A stretch of DNA of 64,000 nucleotides from Marispirochaeta sp. (GCA_963676835.2 CAXXFF010000001.1:512001-576000), one strand, 5' to 3'. Positions 42,783 to 51,577 are shown, numbered from the stretch's first letter. Numbers and translations: made by a program. Notes: generated by a model not told the origin, from the sequence alone.

Positions 42783-42963
42783 AAAATTGCTTTACGACCA
42801 ATCCAAATTGACGGTAATCGATAATTGGGCTATTATTTACATGGTAAGCCCATGAAAACAGACAGTCAGTCAAAAAGACAGGAACCATCATCTCATCCAA
42901 AAGAATCACAAAAACCAAACAGGCAAAGGCCGGGACAGGGTTTTCCCGGACCACAGATACAAA

Positions 42964-43524
42964 ATGAAGGCTGGAAACCGCGTTCCTGCCGCAGTTAGAA
43001 AACAACGCACCATAACAGGCAGATCGGCTCTTCTCTATGAATACTCACGTTATGTGTATGATCACAGCATTGCCCGCTTCGGCCGGGTCGACCAAAAGGC
43101 TGCCGGTATGCTGTCGACTTCTGTTATTGTCATCGGAGTTGTCTTCGGTCTGGGTTCAGAATGGGTCTATGCGGATTTAACAAACCGCTTATCCACTGCC
43201 TTTTCTCTGCTCTCATGGTTATTTGCAACCGGAATCCTTATATCAGCAGGGATGGCTATCGGCTCAGGAATTGCCGCCCTGAGAATCAGTGAAATTTAAA
43301 CACCGCCTCTCCACGAAGGGGTGCCTGATTACATGCTGGATCAGCCACTTGTAGATTCACACACAGGGGCGGCAACAACCCTGCTTGAGGCAAACATATC
43401 CATTACGGAACAGCTGGACCGCAAAGGACGCAATGTGGAACGGGCTGTTATATGGACAATCGTGCTTATTGCTTTCAGCGCCGCCGCTTTTCTGTCATCT
43501 ATGATCCGTAGTGTGCTGGTTTAG
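42964..43524 (+). pseudogene. 3-TM membrane protein gene interrupted by an in-frame TAA (43297-43299)
   Basis: ORFs 42964-43299 and 43321-43524 share a frame; the intervening codons read ISEI*TPPLHEGV. Confidence 0.6.
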
Positions 43525-43541
43525 AAGGATGCGGGCTCCAG

Positions 43542-43665
43542 CTGCCTTCGACTCCGCTCAAGCACCGCGTCTTAACGGTGAATGCTGCCTTCGACTCCGC
43601 TCAGGCAGCGCTGGTACGACGCGGGGTGAGAAGTCCTACTCTTCATATACCGTAACCATCCCCTC
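43542..43665. repeat. Junction repeat R1 (two TGCCTTCGACTCCGCTCAGGCA-type hairpins + SH3-gene 3' end)
   Basis: Motif copies at 43543-43564 and 43586-43607; homologous to R2 and R3. Confidence 0.9.
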
Positions 43666-44889
43666 GCCTTCGTAACGCAGCTCACCCTGCTCCTCGGCCA
43701 GGTCAAGGAAGGCGCCGAAGCACCAGCCGGAGAGGCCGTCGGATTCCCGGACTATGCGGTACCAGGGGTGTTCGCCCCAGGGGTCGATGGTCTCTTTGGG
43801 GCCGGAGCGGTCAAGGACTTTTACCGTTTCGCCCTGTTCCAGGAAGCCCATGTGTTTTGCCTGGAGGTTGGGTTTTTCGCGGACACGGATGTGGGTGTCG
43901 GTTACTTTGGCGGTGGTTTCTTTGAAGAGGAGGTTGTGGGTCATTAACCAGTCGCGGAGGGGGGTTGCGTCGACCAGGTACGGATGATAGTCATCCCCAC
44001 CAAAACCCCAACGGAAATTCGGTGAAAACCGGAATGTTGAAGGTTTTCCATTGAGAGTTATATTTAATTTGACTGCCTTAGCCGGTTCTCCTATACGCTG
44101 CAGCCAGTAATTTCCATTCTTCTCATTTGGACCACATGGAATAAGAATGTTCTCGTTACCTACAAAATGGCCTCCATAATCTGCATCCGACCAATCGCCA
44201 CCTTCTTCAAATAAAGTTCCATATCCAATTTGTTTCTGGCCTGCGTCTATTTGGTAGATAGAGAAATCCCTGTCTTCTACTTCTGTATCATCATAGTACT
44301 CATCATTCTCATCTTCATCGATCAACAAATACTCTTTATCCGGGGAAATAGCATGCAGAACACCTTCCACAGGGAATGGTTCCCAGGTTTCATCAGCAAA
44401 GTTAACCAGGGCTACTTTACTGGAAAATGTCCCCGCTTCATCAGACATGAACTTACGCATCTGCACATAACCAAAATCATTTTGGTAATAGAGCATATAG
44501 GACATAGGAAATGAAACTCCAGACATTTTATTTTCAGCCATGAAACGTTGTACAAAAGAATATTCATTAGAGCTTTTAGTTGTTACATTATACAATATTC
44601 CCGGAAGTCGTCGTTCCTGTACAATAATAAACTTATCCTCCCAAGGGCATAATAGATAAGTCCCATACGTCGAACCGATAAAAACTCCATTTAAAGTCCG
44701 TAAATCATACAGCTTAAAATCACGTTGATGATTCTCCGGTAAACTTTCCATAACACATAAAAAATCATTCATTAGTACAGATGAATGCAAAACTTTCCCA
44801 ATCTGTTTTACCGGTTTTAGATCTATAGTCTGAGCATATGACATAACCGCACACAACATTCCCATGACAAGTATTATTCTTTTTTTCAT
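43636..44889 (-). CDS. Secreted protein with variable N-terminal region and C-terminal SH3b domain (cassette A; candidate immunity protein)
   Basis: Signal peptide MKKRIILVMGMLCAVMSYA; IRVREKPNL...WYRI...GWCFGAFL. Confidence 0.8.
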   Translation of the reverse strand: MKKRIILVMGMLCAVMSYAQTIDLKPVKQIGKVLHSSVLMNDFLCVMESLPENHQRDFKLYDLRTLNGVFIGSTYGTYLLCPWEDKFIIVQERRLPGILYNVTTKSSNEYSFVQRFMAENKMSGVSFPMSYMLYYQNDFGYVQMRKFMSDEAGTFSSKVALVNFADETWEPFPVEGVLHAISPDKEYLLIDEDENDEYYDDTEVEDRDFSIYQIDAGQKQIGYGTLFEEGGDWSDADYGGHFVGNENILIPCGPNEKNGNYWLQRIGEPAKAVKLNITLNGKPSTFRFSPNFRWGFGGDDYHPYLVDATPLRDWLMTHNLLFKETTAKVTDTHIRVREKPNLQAKHMGFLEQGETVKVLDRSGPKETIDPWGEHPWYRIVRESDGLSGWCFGAFLDLAEEQGELRYEGEGMVTVYEE

Positions 44890-44938
44890 ACTCTTATTCT
44901 CTCCTCAAGTAAGCATACATGTGTGAAAAACTACCAGA

Positions 44939-46612
44939 CTACTGATTATAATACAGATCCGGATCCCATCGATCTTCCTTCAATACGTCGTCATGCAGAA
45001 TTACAGATGAATGATTCTGATTATACTCTTCAATAGCATCCTGGAACCAAAATGGTAGAGAAAGATCATTATTATTATCATTGAAAAAATAGAGCCAACT
45101 ATGCTGAAACGCATATGTATTAATATCTGCAAGCCAGGAATCAGCAACCGTAGTATCTATTTTTGGTTTTTGGGTAATAGTACCTGAAGAATACTCTGTA
45201 CGCTTTTCTTCATAACTTCCATGGCTTCCTACCAGTCTTGCCCACCACCCATAGGTGTCCAGTCTTTCAGTTGCTCCGGTTACATCAGTCTTTGTAAGGG
45301 TATACAGAGAATGATCAAAACACGAAAGAAGATTTACTCGTTCCCATACATTGCTGCCATTCTCAATAAATGATTCATACACTTCCATATGAATATGCGC
45401 CCCGGTTGAACCTTCGCCGAGGTTTCCAACATAACCAATCCGTTCACCTTTTTTAACCGGCAACAGGAAAATCTTGTTGGGATCCTGTTCTTGCCCTACT
45501 ATAGCCTCAAATTGAGTGGCATTTTGTAATGTCCCGTCTGTATAGTGCGATAAATAGGGAAAGTCTTCCTGGATATTTCCTGAATTACCCATATGACAGA
45601 ATAGGTAAACCCGTCCCTGCCGGGGGTCATCCGGCCTTGTTACTAAAACACCTATCCAACCATATATTTGTGATCTGTAAGCTTGCAGAGAGCCTTGTTT
45701 ATTCTTATCCGAACCGTACACAGGCATTTCATTGGCTGTATCCCAATCTACCGACCTCCACAGATAAAACTCACCATCTTCCGGAGCAAGAAAAACCGCT
45801 CTATTGGATTCGGTATTCCAAAATGTTGTTGCATTTTCATCATCAGCATCTGGTATCGTCGGAATAGCCCTTGAACGGCTAATATCCACACCAAGGTGGT
45901 AGTTAATAAAGTGTCCCGTCACCACACCACTGTTTTCAACCACCCTATTACGCCAGCCATTAAGCTGAGTTATTTTAACCCTGTCTGTTCCCGGAAAAAG
46001 CGGCTGGTCTGTTCTGTAAGACAAAGAGGTTGATGGAAGTTCGCGATGGTAATAATTCTTGGGCGTCGAAACACCTTTAACTTTTCCAGAAACCAAATGC
46101 TGTAGAATACTTTTATCGTTTTCCGTTAACGCTTCATCACCAGTTAAATCAGTTGCATCCGGTTCTATTCGGTAGGCTGCCCGCGGCACCTCCGTCTCCG
46201 GCGGATAATAACTCCTCAACTTAACCTTATACTCATCCAGCAACTCCCACCCCGGCTTCTCCCCCGCCGCGCTCAACTCCCCGGTCGCACTCTTCTTCAA
46301 GAGCCTTCGGGCATGGTATTTACCCGGTTCCAGGCTGAAGCCGCCGAAGCCCCCTGCGGGGTTGCCCCAGGTTGCAAGGCTCACCTGACGCAGGCTGCGG
46401 TTTACGGATATAAGGTAGATGCTGTTCATGTAGTCCTGGGTGGTGGCGCTGCTGTCGAGGCCGGCAAAGTTAGTGCGGACAACCACGCCCAGGTGGGTTT
46501 CGCCGGTGTCATTGGTACGCATAATGAGGTCCCCCGGGCAAATTTGGGAGAGGGAGGGGATTATGGTGGTTATGCGTTCGAGTTCCGGCGATACTGGGAC
46601 TGTACTTTTCAT
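44939..46612 (-). CDS. M23-family metallopeptidase with constant N-terminal region (cassette A; candidate toxin)
   Basis: HxxxD (YHLGVD), LAPEDG, VKKGERIGYVGNLGEGSTGAHIH (HxH); no signal peptide. Confidence 0.8.
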   Translation of the reverse strand: MKSTVPVSPELERITTIIPSLSQICPGDLIMRTNDTGETHLGVVVRTNFAGLDSSATTQDYMNSIYLISVNRSLRQVSLATWGNPAGGFGGFSLEPGKYHARRLLKKSATGELSAAGEKPGWELLDEYKVKLRSYYPPETEVPRAAYRIEPDATDLTGDEALTENDKSILQHLVSGKVKGVSTPKNYYHRELPSTSLSYRTDQPLFPGTDRVKITQLNGWRNRVVENSGVVTGHFINYHLGVDISRSRAIPTIPDADDENATTFWNTESNRAVFLAPEDGEFYLWRSVDWDTANEMPVYGSDKNKQGSLQAYRSQIYGWIGVLVTRPDDPRQGRVYLFCHMGNSGNIQEDFPYLSHYTDGTLQNATQFEAIVGQEQDPNKIFLLPVKKGERIGYVGNLGEGSTGAHIHMEVYESFIENGSNVWERVNLLSCFDHSLYTLTKTDVTGATERLDTYGWWARLVGSHGSYEEKRTEYSSGTITQKPKIDTTVADSWLADINTYAFQHSWLYFFNDNNNDLSLPFWFQDAIEEYNQNHSSVILHDDVLKEDRWDPDLYYNQ

Positions 46613-46621
46613 GATGAGAAA

Positions 46622-46630
46622 ATGGTATCA
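46622..46630 (-). promoter_or_regulatory. Extended -10 element of cassette A
   Basis: TGaTACCAT 9 nt before ATG, no SD; same geometry as cassette B. Confidence 0.5.
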
Positions 46631-46823
46631 TGCCTTTTCTATTACTTCCAGTATAAGCAGTTACAATCTTCCAAAACAGGTATGGCCATACAGTTTTAAA
46701 ATAGCAATACGATCGACCTGTATGGGTAAAGCAACAATAAGCGGGAACTGCATGATTCTACCGGGAATCTCTCAACGCATATCCGTCTTGCTCCCGCTTT
46801 CTATAGTGCAGTATACTAAAGGC

Positions 46824-47699
46824 ATGAATAGAAAACGTCCTTTAAACCCAATGGATGATATCTTTGTCAAATATCTTCTGGGAACAGAAGAGAACAAAGA
46901 TCTGCTTATAAGCTTTATCAACGCCGTATTGGATGAAAAAGGATATGACCTCGTTTTGGATGTTGAGATTAAAAACCCCTTCAATCCGGCAAAGATTATT
47001 GAGTCCAAGTTTTCTGTTCTGGATATTAAAGCAAAAGACACCAAAGGCAGAATGATCAACATAGAGGTACAGGTTAGCTCAGACCCCTATTTTGCATCAC
47101 GAAGTCTCTACTACTGGGCAAAGATTTACAGTGATCAACTGGAATCGGGGGATCAATACAGAGAGCTGAATCAGACAATATGCATAAACCTTTTGTCGTT
47201 TAATCTCTTTGAAACCCAGGACAGTTTCCACAGCTGTTTTCAGATAACGGAAGTTGGAAAACCGGAAAATATACTTACAGAAGATCTTCAGATTCATTTT
47301 ATTGAAATAGAAAAACTGAAATCTCATCTGGAAAAACATGAGCCAAGAGATACCCTGGAAGGCTGGTGTTATTACTTCTTAAATGAAGGCCTGATCGAGG
47401 AGGACAAGATGCCCGTTTTACTGAAAAAGGACAAAATATTTAACAAAGCCGGCTCAATATACAGAAACTTTACCGCCGATGAAGAAAAAATGGAGCTTAT
47501 TGAAGCCCGTGAAAAATGGCTTAAGGATTACAATTCCAAAATAGAGTCTGTACGTCAGGAAGGACGTCAGGAAGGTCAGCAAGAAGGACGTCAACAGGGC
47601 CATATGGAAGATGCCAGAAACCTCAAGCAGTTGGGGGTTGATTTGGCGATTATTTCCAAGGCAACGGGGTTGGCCCTTGATGTTATTGAGAAATTGTAA
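46824..47699 (+). CDS. Rpn-family PD-(D/E)XK nuclease
   Basis: DIFVKYLLG, LDIKA, NIEVQ, RSLYYWAKIY, QIHFIE, C-terminal (Q)EGR repeats, IISKATGL; TTGCTC-N18-TATACT 6 nt before ATG 46824. Confidence 0.88.
   Translation: MNRKRPLNPMDDIFVKYLLGTEENKDLLISFINAVLDEKGYDLVLDVEIKNPFNPAKIIESKFSVLDIKAKDTKGRMINIEVQVSSDPYFASRSLYYWAKIYSDQLESGDQYRELNQTICINLLSFNLFETQDSFHSCFQITEVGKPENILTEDLQIHFIEIEKLKSHLEKHEPRDTLEGWCYYFLNEGLIEEDKMPVLLKKDKIFNKAGSIYRNFTADEEKMELIEAREKWLKDYNSKIESVRQEGRQEGQQEGRQQGHMEDARNLKQLGVDLAIISKATGLALDVIEKL
47409..47699 (+). CDS. Putative internally translated small C-terminal protein (RpnS-like antitoxin, 96 aa)
   Basis: GAGGAGG (47397-47403) 5 nt before in-frame ATG 47409. Confidence 0.55.
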   Translation: MPVLLKKDKIFNKAGSIYRNFTADEEKMELIEAREKWLKDYNSKIESVRQEGRQEGQQEGRQQGHMEDARNLKQLGVDLAIISKATGLALDVIEKL

Positions 47700-47716
47700 A
47701 GTTTAGTTGATTAGGA

Positions 47717-47845
47717 CTGCCTTCGACTCCGCTCAGGCACCGCGTCATAAAGGTGAATGCGGACCTGCCTTCGACTCCGCTCAGGCATCGCTGGTATGAC
47801 GCGGGGTGAGGGGCCCTACTCCTCATACACCGTAACCATCCCCTC
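47717..47845. repeat. Junction repeat R2
   Basis: Motif copies 47718-47739 and 47766-47787; outer IR CCGCGTCATA (47740-49)/TATGACGCGG (47795-804). Confidence 0.9.
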
Positions 47846-49075
47846 CCCGTTATACCGCAGCTCACCCTGCTCCTCGGCCAGGTTTAGAAACGCTCCGAAG
47901 CACCAGCCGGAGAGGCCGTCGGATTCCCGGACTATGCGGTACCAGGGGTGTTCGCCCCAGGGGTCGATGGTCTCTTTGGGGCCGGAGCGGTCCAGGACTT
48001 TTACCGTTTCGCCCTGTTCCAGGAAGCCCATGTGTTTTGCCTGGAGGTTGGGGTTTTCGCGGACACGGATGTGGGTGTCGGTTACTTTGGCGGTGGTTTC
48101 TTTGAAGAGGAGGTTGTGCGACATTAGCCAGTTGCGGAGGGGGGTTGCGTCAACAAGTCCGTCGCCATGGTCAGTATCACATAGGCCCCAGCGGAAATCC
48201 GGTGAGAACCGGACATAAACCTGTTCTCCGTCAACAGATATTGTCAGTTTGACAGCCTTATTAGGCTCACCAATTCTTTGCAGATAATAATTACATTCCT
48301 TATTATTAAAACCAGCAGGAATTAAAATGTTTTCATTTCCGGCAAATTGACCACCGTAGTCTTTATCCATCCAGTCCGCATCTGTGTAGTCGCCATATCC
48401 ATTTGCCAGTAAATCTTCATCAAATCTATAGATAGAAAAATCCGAGATATCATCAGAAACTACTCTTTCCCCTTCATCAACATCGATCAATAGGCACTCT
48501 TTGTCCGGTGAGATGGCATGCAGAACACCCCTAACCTGAAAAAAATCAGTCTTCCCGGTACTAATGTTTAATATCCCGATTTTACTGCCCCAAGATCCAC
48601 CTTCCTCTGAAAACATTTTCTGCATTTGAATGTAGTAGATATCATTCTGATACGGCAACAGTGCTTCCACGGGTACTGCACCCCATCTATTTGTGTTCTC
48701 TTTGATGAATTGATCCCCGAGAGGAAAACGTTCGGATGTCTGTGTGGTGAAATCGTAGAGATAGCTTCGAATAGGGTTCAACACAACAACCCAGACTCTA
48801 TTGCCTATTGGACCCGCAAGTGCAGTCAGTCCCTCGTACCCACCGAAGACCTCTTTCTGATCACTTAGTACGAATTGGAAAAGATCTGGTGATGTATCTC
48901 CATTTTCAATTCTTTTTCTTCTATACGCAAAAAATGCTTCGTTTGTAAAGAAAGCGCTATTTACAGATAAATGGTTAAAGGTATCAATACCCTTTAGCTC
49001 TATAGTATCTGCAGTGAGATCAAAGGTAGTAAAAATGAAAATATTTACAATAATTATTTTGATGAGTGTCTTCAT
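47816..49075 (-). CDS. Secreted protein with variable N-terminal region and C-terminal SH3b domain (cassette B; candidate immunity protein)
   Basis: Signal-peptide-like N-terminus; last 113 aa are 108/113 identical to the cassette A paralog. Confidence 0.8.
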   Translation of the reverse strand: MKTLIKIIIVNIFIFTTFDLTADTIELKGIDTFNHLSVNSAFFTNEAFFAYRRKRIENGDTSPDLFQFVLSDQKEVFGGYEGLTALAGPIGNRVWVVVLNPIRSYLYDFTTQTSERFPLGDQFIKENTNRWGAVPVEALLPYQNDIYYIQMQKMFSEEGGSWGSKIGILNISTGKTDFFQVRGVLHAISPDKECLLIDVDEGERVVSDDISDFSIYRFDEDLLANGYGDYTDADWMDKDYGGQFAGNENILIPAGFNNKECNYYLQRIGEPNKAVKLTISVDGEQVYVRFSPDFRWGLCDTDHGDGLVDATPLRNWLMSHNLLFKETTAKVTDTHIRVRENPNLQAKHMGFLEQGETVKVLDRSGPKETIDPWGEHPWYRIVRESDGLSGWCFGAFLNLAEEQGELRYNGEGMVTVYEE

Positions 49076-49105
49076 CCTTCAACTCCATATTTAATAAGCA
49101 CAACA

Positions 49106-50737
49106 TTAATCGAAATACTTTCTTTCATCCCAGCGGTCTTCCTTGAAAAGATCAGTAAACTTGATCGAGGTTCCATTATTTGTATTGAACTCATTAATCT
49201 CTGCAATCAAGTCATCATAAAACTTTATCCATGTTTGGGCATACTCATATGTATCTTCTGTCCCAAACCAGGACCCCAGTACAGTAGTATCAATTAATGG
49301 GTCAATTGACATAGCGGCTGTTAAGACAACACGGGCAGCATCATACTGATTCCAGCGACCTACGACCCGGGACCACCAGCCATAACTATCCAGAAAACCC
49401 GGAATACTGTTCAACCGATAGAGGGAGGTATCAAAACAGGAAAGAGGATCTACTCTTCTCCAAACTTTATCTCCATCCGATCCAAAGGCTTCATACACCT
49501 CCATATGGATGTGTTTCCCAGTCCCTGCGCCCAGAGCACCCACATAGCCTAATCTATCACCCTTTCTAACATTGAGGATAAGACGTTCATTAATGTTTTC
49601 CTCCATACCAGAGATAACATTAAAATCAGTTTGCCCTTCCGGCAAAGTCGGATCTAATGGCCCGTCAATGTAATCCGCAAGTTGCTCGGCATTAAACGGA
49701 ACTTCTGTGGTTGGCTGACCGCTTCCTCCCATATGTGCAAAGAGATATATCCTACCTGACTCAGGATTATCTGGACGGGTTATAAGAATACCCATGTAGC
49801 CGTAACTATAAGAACTGTGAGCCGCAATAGTTCCTTGTTGATTTTTATCGCCAGAATATACCGGGATTTCTCCAGGCGTCCTCCAGCTGTTTGATCGCCA
49901 GATATAAAAAATACCATCCTCCGGAGCAAGGAATACATCTTTCTGTTCATCATTACCCAATGCAGGATCACGGGAAAAATCGACTCCTGTATGGTAGTTA
50001 ACATAGTGGTATATTATATCGTTACCCTCAGTATCTTGTATCGGTTCCCCATCCTCATCTACAACATTATCCTCTCGGTTTCGCCAGCCGGACAACTGAG
50101 TCACCACAGCCCGGTTTCCTATTGGATATAGTCGTTGGTCGGTCCGGTACGAAAAAGAAGTAGTCGGTAGTTCGCGGTGGTAATAATGGTGTTTATATAA
50201 GCCAATCTCACCTGCCACAAGTTTTTTGATAACACTCTCATCGTTTGCCATCAATGCAGCCTCACCAGTTAGGTCAGTTACATCTGGAACTATCTTATGA
50301 GCTTCCCGCGGAACCTCCGTCTCCGGCGGATAATAACTCCTCAATTTAACCTTATACTCATCCAGCAACTCCCACCCCGGCTTCTCCCCCGCCGCGCTCA
50401 GCTCCCCGGTCGCACTCTTCTTCAAGAGCCTTCGGGCATGGTATTTATCCGGTTCCAGGCTGAAGCCGCCAAAGCCCCCTGCGGGGTTGCCCCAGGTTGC
50501 AAGGCTTACCTGACGCAGGCTGCGGTTTACGGATATGAGGTAGATGCTGTTCATGTAGTCCTGTGAGGTGGCGCTGCTGTCGAGGCCGGTAAAGGTGGTG
50601 CGGACAACCACGCCCAGGTGGGTTTCGCCGGTGTCGTTGGTACGCATTATGAGGTCCCCCGGGCGGATTTGGGAAAGGGAGGGGATTATGGTGCTTATGC
50701 GTTCGAGTTCCGGCGATACTGAGACTGTACTTTTCAT
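49106..50737 (-). CDS. M23-family metallopeptidase with constant N-terminal region (cassette B; candidate toxin)
   Basis: YHTGVD, LAPEDG, VRKGDRLGYVGALGAGTGKHIH; first 144 aa are 137/144 identical to the cassette A paralog. Confidence 0.8.
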   Translation of the reverse strand: MKSTVSVSPELERISTIIPSLSQIRPGDLIMRTNDTGETHLGVVVRTTFTGLDSSATSQDYMNSIYLISVNRSLRQVSLATWGNPAGGFGGFSLEPDKYHARRLLKKSATGELSAAGEKPGWELLDEYKVKLRSYYPPETEVPREAHKIVPDVTDLTGEAALMANDESVIKKLVAGEIGLYKHHYYHRELPTTSFSYRTDQRLYPIGNRAVVTQLSGWRNREDNVVDEDGEPIQDTEGNDIIYHYVNYHTGVDFSRDPALGNDEQKDVFLAPEDGIFYIWRSNSWRTPGEIPVYSGDKNQQGTIAAHSSYSYGYMGILITRPDNPESGRIYLFAHMGGSGQPTTEVPFNAEQLADYIDGPLDPTLPEGQTDFNVISGMEENINERLILNVRKGDRLGYVGALGAGTGKHIHMEVYEAFGSDGDKVWRRVDPLSCFDTSLYRLNSIPGFLDSYGWWSRVVGRWNQYDAARVVLTAAMSIDPLIDTTVLGSWFGTEDTYEYAQTWIKFYDDLIAEINEFNTNNGTSIKFTDLFKEDRWDERKYFD

Positions 50738-50746
50738 GATGGGGTG

Positions 50747-50755
50747 ATTTTAGCA
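50747..50755 (-). promoter_or_regulatory. Extended -10 element of cassette B
   Basis: TGcTAAAAT 9 nt before ATG, no SD. Confidence 0.5.
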
Positions 50756-50867
50756 TGCGCGGGGAAGGATCGCTACCCGGACATATACATCGCCGAGGAC
50801 CTATAAACCATATACCCAAATTCTATAAACAGGAGGAACGTGCTATTTTATTGTCATCAGAGTTATT

Positions 50868-50894
50868 TTCATGTAACATATTGATATACATGAA
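50868..50894. promoter_or_regulatory. Inverted repeat upstream of the DinJ/YafQ-like TA pair (possible operator)
   Basis: TTCATGTA-N11-TACATGAA. Confidence 0.4.
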
Positions 50895-50915
50895 TACAGT
50901 AACGGGGATTTACCA

Positions 50916-51137
50916 ATGAACAGCACAATGAAACAGTTGATCATTGCTGAGCTTGATACACTTTCTGACCGTAAAGGCTACTCTCTACTCGATTATCTTC
51001 ATTTTTTGAGAAATGAAGCTGAAGATTATTTACCAAATGATACAACACTAAACTCAATCAAAGAAGTTGAAGACAATAAAAGTACATTAAAATCGTATTC
51101 ATCTTCGGATGAACTCTTTTCAGACTTGGATATATAG
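50916..51137 (+). CDS. Putative antitoxin (DinJ/RelB-like C-terminus)
   Basis: PNDTTLNSIKE...YSSSDELFSDL resembles the DinJ C-terminal motif; directly upstream of the YafQ-like toxin. Confidence 0.65.
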   Translation: MNSTMKQLIIAELDTLSDRKGYSLLDYLHFLRNEAEDYLPNDTTLNSIKEVEDNKSTLKSYSSSDELFSDLDI

Positions 51138-51145
51138 GCCAAGAT

Positions 51146-51433
51146 TTGTACAGGATTACTCCCTCAACTCAATTTAAAAAAGATCTGAAGAAATTGAAAA
51201 AATCGGGCCGAAAACCAAGTGACTTTGATCGAATAAAATGGGTTATAAATCAATTGGCTATCCCTGCGATACTGCCTGAACAATATAAAGATCATGCATT
51301 ATCCGGCAATTTCAATCAGTATCGGGACTGCCATATTTTCCCGGATCTCTTACTCATCTACTACCAGGATGAGGACAATCACCAGTTATTCCTTTACAGA
51401 ATCGGGTCTCATTCAGAATTATTCAGAAAATAG
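51146..51433 (+). CDS. yafQ: YafQ-family mRNA interferase toxin
   Basis: QFKKDLKK, KDHALSG, RDCHIFPDLLLIY, RIGSHSELF. Confidence 0.9.
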   Translation: MYRITPSTQFKKDLKKLKKSGRKPSDFDRIKWVINQLAIPAILPEQYKDHALSGNFNQYRDCHIFPDLLLIYYQDEDNHQLFLYRIGSHSELFRK

Positions 51434-51442
51434 GCAATTGAT

Positions 51443-51577
51443 TGCCTTCGACTACGCTCAGGCACCGCGTCATACAGGTGAATGCTGGCGGGACTGTCTT
51501 CGACTCCGCTCAGGCACCGCTGGTACATCGCGGGGTGAGGGCCCCTACTCCTCATACACCAAAACCATCCCCTCACC
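51443..51577. repeat. Junction repeat R3 with relic 3' end of a third SH3b gene
   Basis: Motif copies 51443-51464 and 51495-51516; 51545-51577 encodes GEGMVLVYEE* on minus strand. Confidence 0.88.

Noticed and set aside
46440..46823. N-terminal extension of the Rpn ORF given in the ORF track
   Set aside because: It overlaps the M23 gene antisense; Rpn similarity and a promoter point to ATG 46824
46824..47699. Rpn as the island's transposase/integrase
   Set aside because: Despite the 'transposase' family label, Rpn proteins are not shown to mobilise DNA site-specifically; no terminal inverted repeats around it
43636..50737. Diversity-generating retroelement (TR/VR pair)
   Set aside because: No reverse transcriptase; differences between the copies are not adenine-restricted and the cores differ by indels
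43543..51516. Six 22-nt repeats as a CRISPR array
   Set aside because: They occur as three distant pairs with conserved, not unique, intervening sequence; no cas genes in the window
43542..51577. R1-R3 as integron attC sites
   Set aside because: No RYYYAAC...GTTRRRY core pair was found and there is no tyrosine recombinase in the window
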